From Callorhinchus milii (Eukaryota): a DNA stretch of 64,000 nt. The position numbers and the translations under genes are program-made. The notes beneath the pieces were generated by a model. That model saw only the letters and a list, made by a program, of their open reading frames with translations. It ran no database searches and was not told the origin of the DNA. The stretch covers positions 80,788,001 to 80,852,000 of the forward strand of contig NW_024704743.1 in NCBI RefSeq assembly GCF_018977255.1, read 5' to 3'. Below are positions 62,591 through 64,000 of the stretch, piece after piece. Numbering within the stretch: the first letter of the stretch is position 1; each line of letters starts with the position of its first letter.

Positions 62591-62904
62591 TTAATTCACA
62601 GTGTTTTCAATGGGCATGTTTATATGAAGCCTGCGCAGTAGTTTTTGATAGACACTGTGAATATTGGCTAACTCCAGGCCATACAGTAAGCTCTTCACAG
62701 TATCTGCTCCATCATTTTCAATTTTCCATTGTTTCAGAAGATGGAGAAGGTGAATTTTGATCATATTTGTCCTCCTACTCCAATCCAAGTGTTCCACATT
62801 CATTTTCTTCCCAGGTAAATTCTCCAGCAGTTTTCTCAGCTGCTGAGATGTCAATTTCTGACGGGTGATAAATGTAAACACCGCCTCATCACACAGTGTG
62901 ATAT
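62591..62904 (-). CDS. TNFRSF11B: Terminal exon of a third, OPG-like paralog C (death-domain-like); upstream exons lie beyond the window
   Basis: Acceptor cttttcttgctttgtacag, phase 1; (D)ITLCDEAVFTFITRQKLTSQQLRKLLENLPGKKMNVEHL...LLHLLKQWKIENDGADTVKSLLYGL...VYQKLL...*. This resembles the OPG death-domain exons (DVTLCEEAF..., EQLRSLMESLPGKKV..., LLSLWRIKNGDQDTLKGL). Symbol tentative. Confidence 0.85.
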
Positions 62905-63252
62905 CTGTACAAAGCAAGAAAAGTTACTGGAGAAGCTTATCAATCGCTACTTTATTCTTCAACCCTACTGATGTTTTACGGCTCCTTAATTATTTTTGGT
63001 CAGCCAGGTATATTATGGAACCCCATCATCATCCCCTTATTCATACAAAGAGTAATAATAACAATAATCCTTGCATTAGATATAGCGACTTATTACGTTG
63101 TTGAGGTGTCCAACAACAACAAATTAACAAATTTGTATCTAACAAATCTAAAATAATTTTTTGTTGAGGTAACGGAGAGGGTAGATAAAGGTAGTGCAGT
63201 TGATGTAGTTTATATGGACTTTCAAAAGGCATTTGACAAAGTGCCACATGAA

Positions 63253-63573
63253 GTGGAGTCCTGTAGCTCAGTGGTTAGAGCACTCGCTTTGCAAGTGAGA
63301 GACCTGAGTTCAATTCCAGGCAGGGCGAAACCTTGGGCAAGTTTCCTTACTCCACACGCCTAATAATAATCCCTCCAAAACCAAAAACAATAATAAATTG
63401 GTCATTTTCAATCTACGACTGTTTGTGGGACGTTGCTGTGCGCAATTGGCTGCCGCGTTTGCCCACAAATATACAGTCAATTCACTTTACAGTGTGTTCT
63501 GTGAACCGCTTTGGGACGTCCTCCCGACGTGAAAAGCGCTATATCAAATGCAAGGATTATTATTATTATTATT
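63253..63573 (+). mobile_element. Young full-length SINE inserted in a CR1 RT fragment
   Basis: Splits CR1 ...DFQKAFDKVPH / ERLVRKIEARGIKG; TSD atgaa at 63248-63252 and 63574-63578. Confidence 0.92.
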
Positions 63574-63649
63574 ATGAAAGACTTGTAAGAAAGATAGAAG
63601 CCCGTGGTATAAAAGGGACAGTGGCAGCATGGATCCAGAACTGGAAGAA

Positions 63650-64000
63650 CAGAACAGGGGGTTGGGATGGGGTGGGGAGGGTATGTTTGGAGGGCAGGGA
63701 GGGTAGAGATAGGAATGGGGGGTTAAAGGAACAGTTGAAGTGGAGGGTCTTGAGACGTGCCTTGAAGGAGGCAAGGGAGGGAGTGAGGCGAAGGGACTGT
63801 GAGATGGAGTTCCAAAATGGTAGGGCAGAGAGACTGAAGGCCCGACCTCTGTTGGTGGGGCAGGGCAGGGCAGGCAAGGGACGTGGAGCAGGCTGGAGCC
63901 TGCTGACCAGAGGGACAGGTCGATATGGCGTTAGCAGTTCCATGAAGTCGGAAGGAGCGAGCTCTTAAGGGCTTTAAAAGCAAGGACGAGGATTTTGAAC
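63650..64000 (-). mobile_element. L2 3' fragment running off the window
   Basis: RAFSLSALPFWNSISQSLRLTPSLASFKARLKTLHF. Confidence 0.8.

Overview
Repeat-dense vertebrate DNA, most likely from a cartilaginous fish. This is an inference from the DeuSINE/SacSINE1-like, L2, CR1 and Penelope repeat content; a holocephalan is plausible. The window opens with the last coding exon and probable 3'UTR of squalene epoxidase (SQLE, +). About 15.6 kb further on is an isolated, frameshifted WASHC5/strumpellin exon on the + strand, which the ORF track does not show. The main content is a minus-strand tandem cluster of secreted TNF-receptor decoys of the DcR3 (TNFRSF6B)/osteoprotegerin (TNFRSF11B) type. Paralog A (29882-34926, 299 aa) and paralog B (47223-54196, 302 aa) are complete four-exon genes; only the terminal exon of a third, more OPG-like paralog is present (62591-62904). 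A and B are a patchwork: the core promoter, exon 1, exon 3 and flanks of several exons are identical or nearly so, while the ligand-binding CRD1-CRD3 segment, the C-terminal tail and other intronic or flanking DNA are clearly diverged. Each gene also has a long array in intron 1 that is G-rich on the sense strand and resembles an Ig switch region. The rest is nested CR1, L2, Tx1, Gypsy, Penelope and SINE debris. Everything was read by eye with no database search. Exon boundaries are base-resolved from splice signals; repeat boundaries are approximate.
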